A DNA stretch of 53,854 nt, the filler included, from Sphacelaria rigidula (taxonomy: Eukaryota), in the NCBI GenBank assembly GCA_964200075.2. It is 5 parts of 5 records of this genome, joined end to end, with 100 filler letters (N's around TTAATTAATTAA, not from the genome) between each part and the next. Parts side by side here need not be neighbours in the genome. Positions count along the whole stretch, not along the records: positions 21,588 to 32,276 come from CAXNAA020006072.1; positions 32,377 to 43,065 come from CAXNAA020006073.1; 3 more parts are not named here. The stretch is one strand, 5' to 3'. Shown here in pieces: positions 24,508-35,706 of the stretch. The notes beneath the pieces are model-generated. The model was given only the letters and a program-made list of their open reading frames with translations. It ran no database searches and was not told the DNA's origin. Numbering within the stretch: position 1 is the first letter of the stretch; every line of letters begins with the position of its first letter. A program made the position numbers and the translations under genes.

Positions 24508-27171
24508 TTAATCAAGGGAGGAAAACGGTGCCGAAACTGCCAGCTCCATCTTCAGGCCTTCCTCTTTCCCATGCAACACCACTGAAGAAGTATCGACGGC
24601 AGCTTCTTCTGTCCGAAGGTGTTCACGAACCATCGCCGGCCTCCTGCAAATCCGCTTCTTCATTCTTTCATCGCAATTATCGCTAGAGTTACTGCCAATC
24701 GTGCCGCTCCCACCTTCACATGAGTAAGCGGTCCCACCGACTCTCCTTCGCAAGCTCTGCCTGGGACGCTGAAAGGGAGCAGACTCTTCCAATTTCACCC
24801 GAGTGTGCGGCCTTGTCCACAGAGATCCTCCCTCGGCACCCTCGGCGGGCTGCGGCGGCGCGGTACCAGCGAGTTTGGAGCTTACGAGCAAAACAGAACC
24901 AAACCCGACATCACTCGCACCACCCTTGAGACTTGTGGAATATTTGGGTTGTCCGTCCTTGATGGAACTCCCATCGATGATGTCTTCATGTTGCCCTCGC
25001 CCGGTTGCTCGAGATACGGCACGTTGGCATACGTTAATCTGTTCGACGCCATCAACGCGATACCCACATCGATTCGAACAGCCTTCGTTGCCGCACTTAT
25101 TGCTCACTACATCGAGCATGTCCCCCCTGACGTGATTGGCACAGAACTGCGCCTTCCGACTGCCCGCTACACCGTACGATGGTTCCTTGGAGCAGCCCTC
25201 TTCACCACACTTCTTGCTCATTACATAAATCATCCCTGGCCCGGAGTGGTCGCCACAGAAGCGTCTTACCCTACACCCCGCTACACCGTACGATGCTTCC
25301 TTGGAGCAGCCCTCATTGCAGCACTTCTTGCTCGTCACGTAGACCATCCCTGTCCTTGCGTGATTGGCACAGAACTCCGCTTTCCGGCCTCCCACTACAC
25401 CGTGCGATAGTTGTTTGGAGCAGCCCTCGTTGCCGCACTTCTTTCTCACTACATTGACCATCCCTGCCCTTGAGTGATCGGCACAGAACTCCGCTTTACG
25501 GCTTCCCACTACACCGTAAGATGGTTCCTTGGAGCAGCCCTCGTTGGCGCAATTCCTCCTCGCTACATTGACCATCCCTGCCCTGGCGTGATCGGCACAG
25601 AACTCCGCTTTCCGGCTTCCCACTACACCGTACGATGGTCCTTTGGAGCAGCTCTCATTGCAGCACTTCTTGTTCGCTACATTGACCATCCCAACCCTGG
25701 CATGATCGGCACAGAAGAGTCTTCTCGTACTTCCCGCTACACCGTGCGATGGTCGTTTGGAGCAGCCCTCGTTGCCGCACTTCTTCTTCGCTACATTGAC
25801 CATCCCAACCCTGGCATGATCGGCACAGAAGAGTCTTCTCGTACTTCCCGCCACACCGTAAGATGGTTCCTTGGAGCAGCCCTCGTTGCCGCACTTCTTG
25901 CGCACTACATTGACCATCCCTGTCCTTGCGTGATCAGCACAGAACTCCGCCTTCCGGCTTCCCACTACACCGTACGATGGTCCTCTGGAGCAGCTCTCAT
26001 TGCCGCACTTCTTGCGCACTACATTGACCATCCCAACCCTGGCATGATCGGCACAGAAGAGTCTTCTCGTACTTCCCGCTACACCGTACGATGGTCGTTT
26101 GGAGCAGCCCTCGTTGCCGCACTTATTTCTCGCTACATTGACCATCCCAACCCTGGCATGATCGGCACAAAAGAGTCTTCTCGTACTTCCCGCCACACCG
26201 TACGATGGTGTTTTGGAGCAGCCCTCGTTGCTGCACTTCTTGCGCACTACATTGACCATCCCTGTCCTTGCGTGATCGGCACAGAACTCCGCCTTCCGGC
26301 TTCCCACTACACCGTACGATGGTCGTTTGCAGCAGCCCTCCTTGCCGCACTTCTTGCGCACTACATTGACCATTCCTGCCCTTGAGTGATCGGCGCAGAA
26401 CTCCGCCTTCCGGCTTCCCACTAAAGCATATGATGGTTCCTTGGGGCAGCCCTCGTTGCCGCACTTCTTTCTCGCTACATTGACCATCCCCAAACTGGCG
26501 TGATCGGCACAGAACTCCGCTTTCCGGCTTCCCGCTACACCGTAAGATGCACGTTTGGAGCAGCTCTCATTTGCGCACTTCTTGTTCGCTACATTGACCA
26601 TCCCCAAACTGGCGTGATCGGCACAGAACTCCGCTTTCCGGCTTCCCGCTACACCGTAAGATGCACGTTTGGAGCAGCTCTCATTGACGCACTTCTTGTT
26701 CGCTACATCGACCATCCCTGCCCTGGCATGATCGGCACAGAACTCCGCCTTCCGACTGCCCGCTACACCGTACGATGATTGTTTGAAGCAGCCATCGTTG
26801 CCGCACTTCTCGCTCACTACATTAACCATCCCTGCCCTGACGTGATCGGCACAGAACTCCGCCTTCCGACTGCCCGCTAGACCGTACGACGGGACTTTGG
26901 AACAGCCCTCGTTGGCGCACTTCTTGCTCACTACATTGACCATCCCTGCCCTGGCATGAGCGGCACAGAACCCCGCTTTCCGGCTTCCCGCTATACCGTA
27001 CGATGGTGTTTTGGAGCAACCCTCGTTGCCACACTTCTTGCTCACGACATTGACCATCCCTGCCCTGGCGTGATCGGCACAGAATTCTGCTTCCCGACTC
27101 TCCGCTACACCGTACGATGGTTGCTTTGAGCAGCCCTCGTTACCGCACCCCTTCTGTACTTCTTTCACCAT
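24508..27171 (-). CDS. EsV-1-7 cysteine-rich tandem-repeat protein: 18 full 38-aa repeats, one degenerate repeat and a ~170-aa C-terminal tail
   Basis: Uninterrupted ORF 24508..27306. The called start is GTG; the first in-frame ATG is at 27171 and an upstream exon is possible. Consensus KKCGNEGCSKxPSYGVAGSRKAEFCADHARAGMVNVVx fits C-x4-C-x16-C-x2-H-x12, the EsV-1-7 motif known from Ectocarpus virus EsV-1 and the Ectocarpus IMM family. Confidence 0.92.
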   Translation of the reverse strand: MVKEVQKGCGNEGCSKQPSYGVAESREAEFCADHARAGMVNVVSKKCGNEGCSKTPSYGIAGSRKAGFCAAHARAGMVNVVSKKCANEGCSKVPSYGLAGSRKAEFCADHVRAGMVNVVSEKCGNDGCFKQSSYGVAGSRKAEFCADHARAGMVDVANKKCVNESCSKRASYGVAGSRKAEFCADHASLGMVNVANKKCANESCSKRASYGVAGSRKAEFCADHASLGMVNVARKKCGNEGCPKEPSYALVGSRKAEFCADHSRAGMVNVVRKKCGKEGCCKRPSYGVVGSRKAEFCADHARTGMVNVVRKKCSNEGCSKTPSYGVAGSTRRLFCADHARVGMVNVARNKCGNEGCSKRPSYGVAGSTRRLFCADHARVGMVNVVRKKCGNESCSRGPSYGVVGSRKAEFCADHARTGMVNVVRKKCGNEGCSKEPSYGVAGSTRRLFCADHARVGMVNVAKKKCGNEGCSKRPSHGVAGSTRRLFCADHARVGMVNVANKKCCNESCSKGPSYGVVGSRKAEFCADHARAGMVNVARRNCANEGCSKEPSYGVVGSRKAEFCADHSRAGMVNVVRKKCGNEGCSKQLSHGVVGGRKAEFCANHARTGMVYVTSKKCCNEGCSKEASYGVAGCRVRRFCGDHSGPGMIYVMSKKCGEEGCSKEPSYGVAGSRKAQFCANHVRGDMLDVVSNKCGNEGCSNRCGYRVDGVEQINVCQRAVSRATGRGQHEDIIDGSSIKDGQPKYSTSLKGGASDVGFGSVLLVSSKLAGTAPPQPAEGAEGGSLWTRPHTRVKLEESAPFQRPRQSLRRRVGGTAYSCEGGSGTIGSNSSDNCDERMKKRICRRPAMVREHLRTEEAAVDTSSVVLHGKEEGLKMELAVSAPFSSLD
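25102..27153 (-). repeat. Coding minisatellite, 18 x 114 bp
   Basis: Exact 114-bp period of ACATTGACCATCCC...GATCGGCACAGAA, with no indels. Confidence 0.95.
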
Positions 27172-30100
27172 CCCAACCCTGTTCGCCGGCACTTCCACTA
27201 CGTTGACGCCCGTCGCGCTATCTCGTGAAATAGTCACGCAGCCCTCCGGGCGCACTGCCACGCTAGCATCGCCGCTATGTCGGCAAAACAAGAGGCTCAA
27301 GCGCACCCAATATCGGCTGCTTCTGGCAGTCCCACTGATGAATAGCCAAACGAGAGGGGCAGGCGATCCCTCCTGATGCTGCCTGTGAATTTTCGACGGA
27401 TTGAAAAGGCGATTCGAAGATTGTCAAGTGTTGTTCGAATGCGGCATACAGTACCTCGAGGAAAATGGTAACTGCGGGCTGTTCATATTATGTGTGGTCC
27501 TTCACCATGTGATGAGCCCGGGTAGGCCTTTGCTTTGTCGAACGTTCCATTTCCACGCGTAGTGCTGCCGGTTCGAGGAAAGCGCTGAAAACCCCTAGAT
27601 AATTCCTCCACTGAATCCGCCAGTGGATTGCGCAACCCATGCAAACAAGCAACGCAAACACATGGCATACGCCACGGCCGAAAACCAGAAGTATGGGAGA
27701 ATGGTATCGATCGAAAACACACACTACAAGCCTTTTAGTCTTGATTATCAGAAGTTGAAAGATCTCGAGCCTCCGCGAGGAATTCGTAGCTCACCCTCTG
27801 TTGCCGTCAGTTGTGCCATGCAGATAGCTTGACAAAATTCAAATGTATGTGTATCACAATTGTCTCTGCCTGAGTAAACCTATTTCACTCAACTTCTGCC
27901 ATTGGCGCGTATGAAGTGGCATGATGATTTAGAGGATGTTAACGACCTCCTCGTAAGTACCATCCTGCATATTTTGGCATTAGTACGTGCTGCAGCTGTA
28001 GTTGTGCGTAGTGACAACCGGCCAAGGACTTCGGCCCTCACAAGGCAGGCATGTTTCTCGGCGACTGATGGCCATCAGACCTTCAGTTTCCGCAACACCC
28101 ACTGACATATTTGCAAGCAACGAGTACGGAAATTTATCGAATAAACACGCGAAACTACAATACAAAGCACACGGGGTAAACAACCGAAGTTGATCTTTCC
28201 ATGAATGAGTCGAGAATCCTTCCAAAAATGTACGGAATCCTAATCTTTTGTGGGTCAATTTCGACCCATCCTCCAAGCGACAGCTAAGGAAGACGACATA
28301 CGGAAGCGAAGACAGCTGAAACGAGTGGTGGTGAGAACAAAAGCAACAAAGGCTGACATGTCTGCCTCTTGATGCGAGAACCGAAAGTCAGTGCCTTCCT
28401 GAATGCTAGACCTACTCAGCACACATAGACCCAACGTGACCAGGAGGTGATGGGGGAAAACGTTACACCCCGGAATGTCGGAGAATTAAGCTACCCAACT
28501 TACATTTTTGAATGAGTAGTACGTATCGGCGACCATCGACTACGAACTGTCCATTACATAGGCAAGTCGCCCAGTCACGGTATGGCTTGAGCGGTGAAGC
28601 CCATGCTTGAAAAAAATTGTTTCACGGAGGTTGGAAATTACAAAAAGCTCAGGTCCCGCCTCAGCACTGGTACATGACAATCTCGATGAATTCCGGTCAA
28701 CAGCTCATAACGAATGCATGGCCACATCATCTATGCTGAACAAATACACGTCCATTACGAAGCCATGATGAACTGCGCCATGTACTTGAAGTTTCTTCAT
28801 AGCATACCTCGAGGGTCAATGCCGAGTTTGTGAATGAAAATGGCTCCACATGTGCAGGGAGATACACCGTATGCACCGTCCCCCGCGTGTGACACGATAA
28901 ATATACAACAAACTGTGCGCTCGGGATATCCCATTGTATGTGCTCGTGGTAATCTTGGATCGTTTGTTATGGACTGGAACCGAGGTGCTGGAGAAAGAAG
29001 CACGAGTCTGGAGAAAACTAAAATGAAGTAAGTTTAGCACCAGCACTTTGAACGCATTAGCCCCCGCAAAAATGGTGCTTTCGGCAAACGATGAGATCAA
29101 GACATGATCGCGCCTCTAAAGTACACCATCTCAGTGCACAGGACGCGTGAACATTACTACGGGAGCAAATTACACCCAGCCCCCAACACGAGACCAGTGG
29201 TGATGGTTCTGAAGTACTAACTTAAGCAGGTAAACAGACTTCGGTTTTGTGACCTCGGCGTTTTGTTCTTATTGTGACCTCGGCGTTTTGGTCATGGTCA
29301 CGTTAAACATGTGATGGCGTTTGTTCATTTATTCCTGGTGACCCTTACGGGCTCTCCATCGTGTTTGATTGTCGCACACTAAGTGATCCCCGAGTGATAA
29401 CAGGCGTGGTCACAAGATAGGCGCACTCAACGTAAACAAAACGTAGTCACTCGCTATTAACAATGGGAACTCGAGCGAGGGTAATGACGAAACAAGCATG
29501 ATAAAAATATGGCACACACAATTGGCTGAAGACATACGCGCTACAAACGTACGATATGTGTCATCACATATACCACTCTCGCTCTTACTATTGTTCGACG
29601 AGACTGAGACTGACTGCAATCCTGTCTGATTAGTTGCGCCCACGCCGATGACATAGTGTTACGTGTCTCGTCAACAGTGATATCACCGCTGGTATGCAAT
29701 CAGTTCTTCAACTTCCATCATGCAAAAGCGCTTCTCTACAGGCAGCACCCTCCCAACCTCCCCTCCCCATGCCATGACCTCCCAACTTGCCCTTGGATGG
29801 TTCAACATGGTGAGTAGGAGCCACAGCCTAGACGAGTCGCTGAAGTTCTCGATACATTCGATGCTTTGCATCGTAGGCAGCACCTATTCGGGTCTTGACG
29901 TGTGCTCTCATTGGGGGTATCGAGGTCGTGACGTACGTTTGGTTCGTGTTGGCATGTGCTGGACACGAGGTTGCCCCCCGAGCGACATGTTTCAACACGT
30001 ACTTCCCCCGCCGGCTGCGGATATATCGGCAGATCGGTATATTTAGTCACGAGAAAAGAAAATAGCGATCGGACAACATCTGTAGGTCACACACAACACC

Positions 30101-31611
30101 AAAGATATTATACATTATCCTATTTAGTGTACACAGCGGGCCGTCGACATAGTGCAAGAACAGTACATACCGAGAACGTACCAGAAAAAGTACGTTGGAG
30201 GTGTGTCGATAGGTTGCATCCAACACACGATTGCACCCTTCTCGAACTGCGATAAACAGTACAAACTCCCGTATTCGACCTTCCGTCACCGGAAAACGTC
30301 ACTTCGAGTTCGGCGCACGAATCTGTCCCGTGAGTATACTTGAACTTGGAGTGGTTCACCGTTTTGATGGGCTGCATCATCAACAGTAACAGAAAAACAA
30401 CCATATCTTGCCCAACTAAACGTCGATTGTAAGTGTCATTTTTGTATCAACAGTTCCAAGAGGGTGAAATGTCTCGTTGGCACATGTTGCGCCTATAGGT
30501 CCACCCGTATACTCCACGCCCAATACACATACTGAACCCATCTACGTCCAACGTGTGAGGCACTCACTTACGCACAACGTGTTGTGCCGGCAATATATTG
30601 CCCTTTTCGGGCGTGAAACATGTTGCGTGGTTAATACATATTGCGCTCGTCTGGCAGGTAATGTTTTACACAGACAATATGAGTTGGAGGGGACACGTTA
30701 ATTGTATCCCCGAAAAAGAAGAGCCCGGAAAGAGACAGGGGTGGTAAACTAGTAGGATGGGGTGATTATGGCCTGACGATGCCTCCTGCGTGTTCAGGAA
30801 CATCATCATTCGTATGTAACATGCCCTGATGGTGCATGATGAACCTTCCGCGTGTGTAGTGAGGGAACGGAACGGTACCTTCCCCGTGGTGTCTGTAAAC
30901 CCTCAAAGAAAAATGGCATGTATGACTAGATGGCTTTGAATAACTGGTAGCAGTCACGAGTGCAAATTCATTGTTGTCCGATCGCAGATGGCTCACACGT
31001 TGGATACCACCCCCTTTCTGCTGAGATTTGTTCAGGGAGAGGATGCGTTTGGGATGCGTAGATTTATTCCTCGGGAAAGGAGATGGGGGGAGGAGGGTGC
31101 CGTACGGGAATAGTATGTTGACAAGTTCTGGCGATGCACCCGTCGTGCTCGGGAACATCGCCATGCGCGTGTTAAAATGCCTGTGTCACTGACGAAAACG
31201 ATACACCACTCCCTCCCCGCCCCATGATGCAGAGAATTGCCCCTGTGGCAAAGCAATAGAGGAGAACGCATGCAGTGGCAGAATGTGAACTACACAAGGA
31301 GGAACAGGACGTGCTAGAGGAAAAATGCAGGAAATACAGGAATGTGGCATGAAATCGCTCGATGTACTAGACAGTAGCAAGAAAACGATCGCGATACAAC
31401 AGTACAAGGAAATACATGGTGACCACAAACGGTGAAACATGATGCGGATAGGATATGTGAAGAGGTTTATGTGTAACGTATGGAAGAAGCGTAATGAGCG
31501 CCCTAATAGTGGAGGTTTCTCTAAAAGGAGTAGAAATGGTGCTCCGTCTCGAAAGGGATGCGTGGTCAGTGGCCAAACAACCAAGGCAAGCAACGAGTGA
31601 GTACGCCCACC

Positions 31612-32112
31612 CGCCTGGTCCGGCGAGAACCCACCGTGCTCCGTCCCGGCTTTGTAGGGGCGGACCCCCGATAGTGTTGGCGTCGGTTGGCGATGACGCT
31701 GTAAAACACGCCACTCACTGCGTAAGCTAGGCAACCAGGTTACCGATGTTTTTCCGCGCTTACGTTTTTTTACGGTAACCATGCGGGTAGTCGAGCTAGA
31801 TCATGTTATGCGGCGTAGAAGAACCTCAACTCCGCACAATGGGGATTATCGTAATACGTGGTGTTAATATGATATGAGACACCCATGAGGCAGTGTATAG
31901 GCCGTGGTTGTCTCTGGCAGTGGCGAAACCAGAAAATATAGCAACTCGTTGGAGGCTGTCATTCAAATGCAAGATAATGAGTAGGCCCTGGGTCGAACAA
32001 TCTTAGCAGGATGCAGCTCACCCTTCATGCGACTCGCCGAACACACCACGGCGCTTCGTGCTTGGAGCCTGGCTTGGCGAAAACCCGGCGCGCTCCGTCC
32101 CGGCTTAGTAGG
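31612..32112 (+). repeat. ~450-bp dispersed repeat (SINE- or UTR-like), followed by the start of a second tandem unit
   Basis: GCTCCGTCCCGGCTTTGTAGGGGCGGACCCCC...CCCTTCATGCGACTCGCCGAACACACCAC also occurs at 34766-35215. The head restarts at about 32066. Confidence 0.75.
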
Positions 32113-32276
32113 TGTATTGCGTGAGAGGACCGCGTGCTTAGAGGACCACGCCATAGTTCAAAATATCTCAGGATCGAAGCTTTTCGAAACCAATCGGGTC
32201 AGTCCCTGCAGGTACCACGCCCCTGATCCTAACCCCAACACCAACCCTGACCCTAGCCCTAACCATAGGGGTGTTC
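32113..32276 (+). mobile_element. TGT..ACA MITE with telomere-like core, copy truncated at the contig end
   Basis: Starts TGTATTGCGTGAGAGGACCGCGTGCTTAGAGGACC, as at 47074. Contains CCTAACCCCAACACCAACCCTGACCCTAGCCCTAACC. Confidence 0.85.
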
Positions 32277-32376
32277 NNNNNNNNNNNNNNNNNNNNNNNN
32301 NNNNNNNNNNNNNNNNNNNNTTAATTAATTAANNNNNNNNNNNNNNNNNNNNNNNNNNNNNNNNNNNNNNNNNNNN
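32277..32376. other. Artificial contig linker
   Basis: 44 N + TTAATTAATTAA + 44 N. Confidence 0.97.
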
Positions 32377-34088
32377 CATGGGGATTCATTCATCACGAGT
32401 CAACCTATTATACTGAAACCAAGTAATTTCCTGACGAATCATTATTTGTCCCAACAGTGCAAAATTTCCTCCCTGCAGCACTGGATCCCGAACAAGCACA
32501 GTAACGCATAAAGGTAGGGTTGTAACTTCACGGACCCTGGTGCGAGATCATTTGTGTTTGTGGACAAGTAATCTGAGAGTCCTTTTCCATAAGTTATTCT
32601 AGACTGGTACATGAGCTGTCCGACACGCTGGACAAGATACGGTAAATCGTTGCAGTACACCAAAAATGTACTGCGAAAAGCATAGCTATACTTCAACGCA
32701 ATACATTCTTGTCTATTGCAACTGTTGATCAATATATATCATCTTGGAAAAGATGAGTAAGGTTGTGTTCTGTAGTGTATCAGATTCCTTACAGAAATTT
32801 CACATCTGTCGGGTACCGGTTTGAAAAAGAGGCTCACAAAAAAACCGTACTGGCGGTCGGGTATTTCTTCGAGGGCACACCCGCGCTCCGGGTACGGGTA
32901 TTGAGGGCGTACGATACTCACTGAACTGTCGGGCGGGGTGTGGAGGCTGCACAGAAAACCGTACCCACAATCAGGTATCTCATCAAGGGCATTCCCGTGC
33001 CCTCAGTAACGGTATGGGAGGCTTACAGAACTCACAGAATGGTCGGGTAAGGCCGGATCAGCAAGTACAGGTTTTTGCAGATGATGTTTTGTTCAGTGGC
33101 CAATCTCGGAACCTCGGAGACAAGCGAATCTGAAGAAGCAGACTAGGCTCCTCTCTGTGGGGTGATGCGAAGTGTCCGAGACGTGTGTTGGCGGTTTTCC
33201 CTCTTTGGGGGTCAAAAGGTGCGTCATACGTCCCGAAAGTGAACAACCCGTGGGCCAAAAATATGTCAATTGCCATAACATCCGGCCCAAGGCTGCTCCT
33301 CATAATAGACAAGAATAAAAATCCGGGAAGTGCCTTTATGGAGCCTTTACATCGTTGCACGTCCCAAAAGAGACCTAGGCTCCCTGGAATGTCTTGCTCT
33401 ACAAGTTGAGGCGGTTCCAGGACATATTCCCGTTTTCCGTTGGCCGCAGTTTTTCATTTTGGCCGAACAAGAATTCATCTCCAAGAGAGGTAGAAGACAG
33501 TCAAATCTAGAAAAAATATCGCCACCTTTCTCTGGACTCGACTGTTTTTTACCGTTCTTGGACACAAGTTCTCGTTTGGGCAAAATGAAAACTGCGGCCA
33601 CCGAAAAACGGAGAAGATAACGCCCCAATGAGTAGAGCAAGTCATTCCAAGGTGTCAAACTCCATCTAGCTCTTTTCCGGGGGCGTAAAACGACGTGAAA
33701 GCTCCAAAATTGCACTTTTCCAGATTTTTTTTTTTTGTCTCCTGTAAGGAGCGACCGAAGGGTATGAAATTTTGAAAGAGTTTACAGAACTGTCGGGTAC
33801 CGGTATGAAAGTGTTGGGTACGACAAATCCCCTGGAAAATCGTACCCTACAGAACACAATCTTGCGACTATTGACCACATTATTCGCCTGCACTTAACGC
33901 AGTACATTTTTGGTGTATTGCAACTACTGACCATATCTTGTCCAGGATGTGATTTATTGATCATTCACAGCAAGGCTGGACCTCAGAACATCAAGAGTTT
34001 TTTTTTCAGGGGCATCATCATTGGCATCATTTGGAGACGCATGTAGGGATTAAAAAAAGAAAAAGAAACGAGGGTTGACTTGGCTTAC

Positions 34089-34233
34089 CGTAAGCATTTT
34101 GCCTGGCTCGCTGGAAGTGCATGGCCTGCATGGAGAGGAGCTCATAGTGCGCAAAGTCGTCGACGATGGACGTGCTGTGCTTGTAATTGTTCATCACCTT
34201 CAGCATCGCCACGCCCTGCTCGTAGGGCACCTC
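34089..34233 (-). CDS. YTH-domain protein exon ([31 protein letters not shown]...)
   Basis: Matches the YTHDF C-terminal motif EVP...YKHTTSIFDDFxHYE. Acceptor AATAG, donor G|GTAAGC. Any later exon was not identified. Confidence 0.88.
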
Positions 34234-34765
34234 CTATTCATTTAGGCGGGGTAAGAATATGATACACACGAGCACACTCATTGGAACACGACACCCACGA
34301 CAACATGTTTCATTCGATTTCAAACTTTCAAGGAGGATTGGGCACACATAACCCTTTCGAGACGAGAATTGTGCTTCGTGTTTTGAATAGTTCTTCTCTT
34401 CATGTTTTTTCAGATTTTGATTCTTTGGTCTTCTTCAATTGAGCGAACGTGTCCTTGGGTGCGTGTCTGTCATGTGAATAATGACCACGGCTCAATCCAT
34501 GTTGGATCAGTTGGTGTGCGAAATCAGGTCAAAAACGTACGGAGTATGACTTGAATAGCACGCTCTATTCAACGCCATCTTTCCTTTGCCATGGATCAAG
34601 GGCCGAGGGCAGCACTGAGGATCCGACTCGCATCATGGTGATTTCGTTCCTGGATACAGCAACTCGCGGGGAAGACTGAACGCAGTCAGAGCTTGGCCTC
34701 CAATCGACACAGCATACACTCTAGTTGATTGATTGATTAACTGACCCCCACTCGCCCCCCCCCAC

Positions 34766-35215
34766 AGCCTAGTCCGGCGAGAATCCGGCGTGCTCCGTCC
34801 CGGCTTTGTAGGGGCGGACCCCCGATGGGGTTGGCGTCGATTGACGATGACGTTGTAAAACACACCACTTACTGCGAAAGCTAGGCAACCAGGTTACCGA
34901 TTTTGTTCTGCACCCTTGTAATTTTTTGGCGGTAACCATGATGGCGATCCAGCTAAATCATGTTGTGTGGCGTGGGAGAACCTCAACTCTGCACAATGGG
35001 TATGATTGTACTCCCTTGTATTTCAATGGTGAGACACCCATGAGGCAATGTATAAGCTATGGCTGTCTCTGGACGTGCCGACACCCATGAGCAACTCATT
35101 GTAGGCTGTCATCCAAGTGCAAGATAATCACTAGGCTTCGGGCCGAACGATCTTAGCAGGATGCAGCCCACCCTTCATGCGACTCGCCGAACACACCACA
35201 GCGCTTCGCGCTTGG
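34766..35215 (+). repeat. Second copy of the ~450-bp dispersed repeat, inside a YTH intron
   Basis: Colinear with 31612-32064. Confidence 0.75.
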
Positions 35216-35438
35216 TGATTGAATGCGAGGTCAACGATCTTATGACTATGGCATGCATGATCATGGGTACCCCCTCCCCTCCCGTCTTCAAAGGGATGCG
35301 TGGTCCACGGTAAAATGACGAACGAGAGCAACCAAAGAGAGAGTAAGTATGCCCCCCCTGGATCCAGCTACTGTCATCTAATAGACGTACCCGAGATTAA
35401 AATAAAACGTTTGCATGCATCGAGAATAGTCCACTTGC

Positions 35439-35564
35439 CTGAGCGTCCTTGCAGATGAACACCGGCTTGTTGTGGTTATTGGGAAGGGTTACGTTCTTCA
35501 GGGCGTGGTTTGGCACATCCTTCGCGAGCACCCACTTCACCGGGAACTGAGCTCTCCAGCGTTC
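35439..35564 (-). CDS. YTH-domain protein exon (ERWRAQFPVKWVLAKDVPNHALKNVTLPNNHNKPVFICKDAQ)
   Basis: Not shown in this frame by the ORF track; translated by hand. Matches W.G.F.VKW...KDVPN..L......N.NKPV..SRD.Q. 126 nt, phase 0/0, acceptor CTCAG, donor CAG|GCAAGT. Confidence 0.88.
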
Positions 35565-35706
35565 CTGAGGATAACTCCGGTTGTGCTTTTCCCCCCATCA
35601 TGCACGGAACAAACAAACAAACATTCAAACAGCGGCGGACGAACAAAAAGTGTGAACTAACGCACACGACGTCCATGGACTACAGCGGAACATGTCGAAA
35701 TTCAAA

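Noticed and set aside
24805-26778. Long alternative-frame and antisense ORFs over the EsV-1-7 arrays (also 10797-11543)
   Set aside because: Shadow frames of a 114-bp in-frame tandem repeat.
10796-27306. Two EsV-1-7 genes as a genomic cluster or an endogenous phaeovirus
   Set aside because: They lie on different contigs joined artificially, and no viral core genes (capsid, polymerase, packaging ATPase) are visible.
29683-29883. Possible terminal exon of the YTH gene (phase-compatible GAAYDAKHRMYRELQRLV*)
   Set aside because: It is on a different contig from the YTH exons and has no homology support.
32221-32265. True telomere at a contig end
   Set aside because: The CCCTAA-like tract is degenerate and internal to the MITE also seen at 47074 and 49970.
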